From Phoronis australis (Eukaryota > Animalia > Phoronida), in NCBI GenBank assembly GCA_002633005.1, contig NMRA01000071.1:810449-874448 (forward strand): DNA of 64,000 bases, written 5' to 3'. Below are positions 61,903-64,000 of the stretch, one piece after another. Made by a program: the position numbers and the translations under genes. Numbering within the stretch: the stretch's first letter is position 1; the number at the start of each line of letters is the position of its first letter. The notes beneath the pieces are model-generated. The model saw only the letters and a program-made list of their open reading frames with translations. It did no database searches and had not been told where the DNA came from.

Positions 61903-62157
61903 CATGCGCGCACNGGGGGGCTCGGGGGCTCGAATGATCCCCGCATTTGGCAAAGTAGGCAAAAAGGTCCGCCTCAGAGAAACAAAAAGTCTGAGAAAAC
62001 GAGACAAAAGCCCAATAAAAAGGCGCAAACGCATATCTCACAGTTTCGAAAGTGGCACCCCGTTTTTTTATTTTTTAGTCCTCCCGCTTTTTTTCAGCAA
62101 AAGGTTCACGTCGTCAGAAATTTGAGCCCCACATATTAAAGGCTGGGTGCGCGCATG
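61903..62157. mobile_element. MITE with 5-bp TSD
   Basis: CTATA|CATGCGCGCAC ... GTGCGCGCATG|CTATA: perfect 11-bp TIR and 5-bp TSD; contains an N at 61914. Confidence 0.75.
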
Positions 62158-64000
62158 CTATATGGCTCTGTAAGCTGGCAGTCATACAATGCGCTTGTCA
62201 CTTTTGTAAATTTCATTAAAAAAGTGCTAGCTTTTACAACGTTATAACTTTGTTTTCGCAAAAACCTTATTTAAGATTGCGGTAGTCTTTGATTAAAGCT
62301 AGTAACTTGAAAAATCCTTCGAACAAAAATAAATTTTAGGCCTTAGGGACAATCTTGATGTATGCGTTGAATGTAGGCTCAATGGATCTCAGTGCTTTAT
62401 TTGTATTTGCAATCATGTTGGAAAAAGCAAAGACAACTTGTTTGGGTGTAGATGCAGTTTTCGCCAAGATGACTGCCCCATGTTGCGTTTGTGGATTGAT
62501 GGGTAGCGGCTGAAAAATCAGAAGTGGTTTCGGGAAGTCCTCAAACAAGCCATCATTGCAAAGTTGATCGACAGCCCTTTTGGATCACAATTTTGGAATC
62601 TGAAGCAACATTTTCTTTCGCAATTTAGTGTTGGCTTATATCCTGAATCGGTAGGAAAATGGTAGCTTTGAGACGAAAAGTGCCAATTTTGTGTTTGTTG
62701 ACTATTTTTCTTGCCTAGCTTGCTTTCGAATAGGAGTGAAAGGGCCGAAAACACAAGACAGAATAAAGTTTCTTTGCTCATTGGTACGGTTTGTGATGTG
62801 CAATGACTCAAAAATTTTCATTCTTTGCATACGGTTTTCTACAGTGCGAAGAAAACGTGATAAAACCATCAATGCGTCTTCTGTTAAGTAAAACCTAGTG
62901 AGAACTGCTCTGCGTCTCGTAAATGACACTTTGTGGAGCCACCTTTTGAAGTTAGGGGGTACCAACTGCTATTTGACCGGCAGGGCAACAAACTACATGT
63001 AACTGCACGGTGGAAATGTAGAATTAAGTGTTGTATTAATGGAAATTCGAGGACCCTAGAATTTTGTTATGAGTTTACTCAAGTACGTTTTTATATTGAT
63101 ATGAGCTTTGTCATTAATGTCAAAGATTGCATTAGGAAACCAGATTGTTCAGAGTTATTTTGGAGCTTTGCAATTCTTTTCTATATCAACAGGTGTGGCC
63201 GTACGCCTTTGACATCACAAAATTTGATCAAAGTCCCCAATGTGTTGCACAGAGCAATTAACACACTTGCGATGTCTTCACAGCATTGAAACACTGACTG
63301 AAATAGATTGAACAAACAAGGAAAGAAACTGGTAAATTTTAAACGTCTTTGGCCTCTGAAATTGATTTCCTCATAAAAAGCGTCTTTCCTTTCTGGGAAA
63401 AATTTGGCCGAAACGCGGCTATAGGTTCGTATTTGTTGACAACAGTTTTGAGTCAATGCATGTTTACAATAATGTATTCATTCAGCGTGAAAGATCATTA
63501 GCGTTTGTATCCTGACGTCGGACAAAAGAACGAACCGAGTACTTAACAAAAAGGTTGATTGATATCAGGCCTCTGAAAACCGGTGTCGTCTGGAACATGG
63601 ACTGAACGGGAGCTATAGTTGTTAGGTCATTTCGTTTAAAATGGCACTTTACGAATCTTGATCATCTAAACAATCCAAATAACTTTACTTCCGAGGGTGA
63701 TCAGAGATCTTGTAAACTGGCTATCAAAAAGAAGGCTTTTATGTTTTTTTTTTTAAAAGTAGTTTATGTACCCCTGCATTTGAGTCCATATACATGTACG
63801 CCTCTGATTCTGTGGCATAGTGACTAAGTGTCTAAGTTCTACTTTTTCTTTTTCGGCAGTATTTACAAATTTGCCATCTCTTATATGAGCAACAAACGGC
63901 AAGCATGAATAATAATACCTGATTAGTAAATGCTTGTAATGTCCTGGTGCAGTGCTTAATTGTTTCGGTAGCAAATACAAATTGATCAACTCATCTCGTT

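Noticed and set aside
61765-62139. 124-aa ORF
   Set aside because: Runs through an N and a MITE; no protein features.

Overview
AT-rich animal (invertebrate-like, spliceosomal-intron) genomic DNA. Five protein-coding loci were reconstructed by hand from GT-AG junctions with consistent phases: (1) the 3' part of SIRT6 (+, 4 exons, 3275-23736); (2) nested antisense in the 17.6-kb SIRT6 intron, a 2-coding-exon, ~1213-aa gene fusing a stonustoxin-like MACPF/CDC pore-forming module to two tandem Cys-rich domains and a septin/AIG1-like P-loop GTPase (the standout of the window); (3) glucose-6-phosphate 1-epimerase-like (-, 9 exons, 282 aa); (4) PTCD2 (+, 10 exons, ~398 aa), head-to-head with the epimerase across 210 bp; (5) an intronless LRR-Ig single-pass receptor (+, 926 aa). 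The rest holds decayed mobile DNA (ISL2EU-type element with THAP and SAP/YqaJ relics, Kolobok-like and other MITEs, a Helentron-associated element, Penelope fragments with hammerhead relics, a LINE fragment) and many minisatellites. Two repeats amplify genuine splice junctions of SIRT6 and the epimerase. Family assignments rest on motif recognition from memory; no searches were run.
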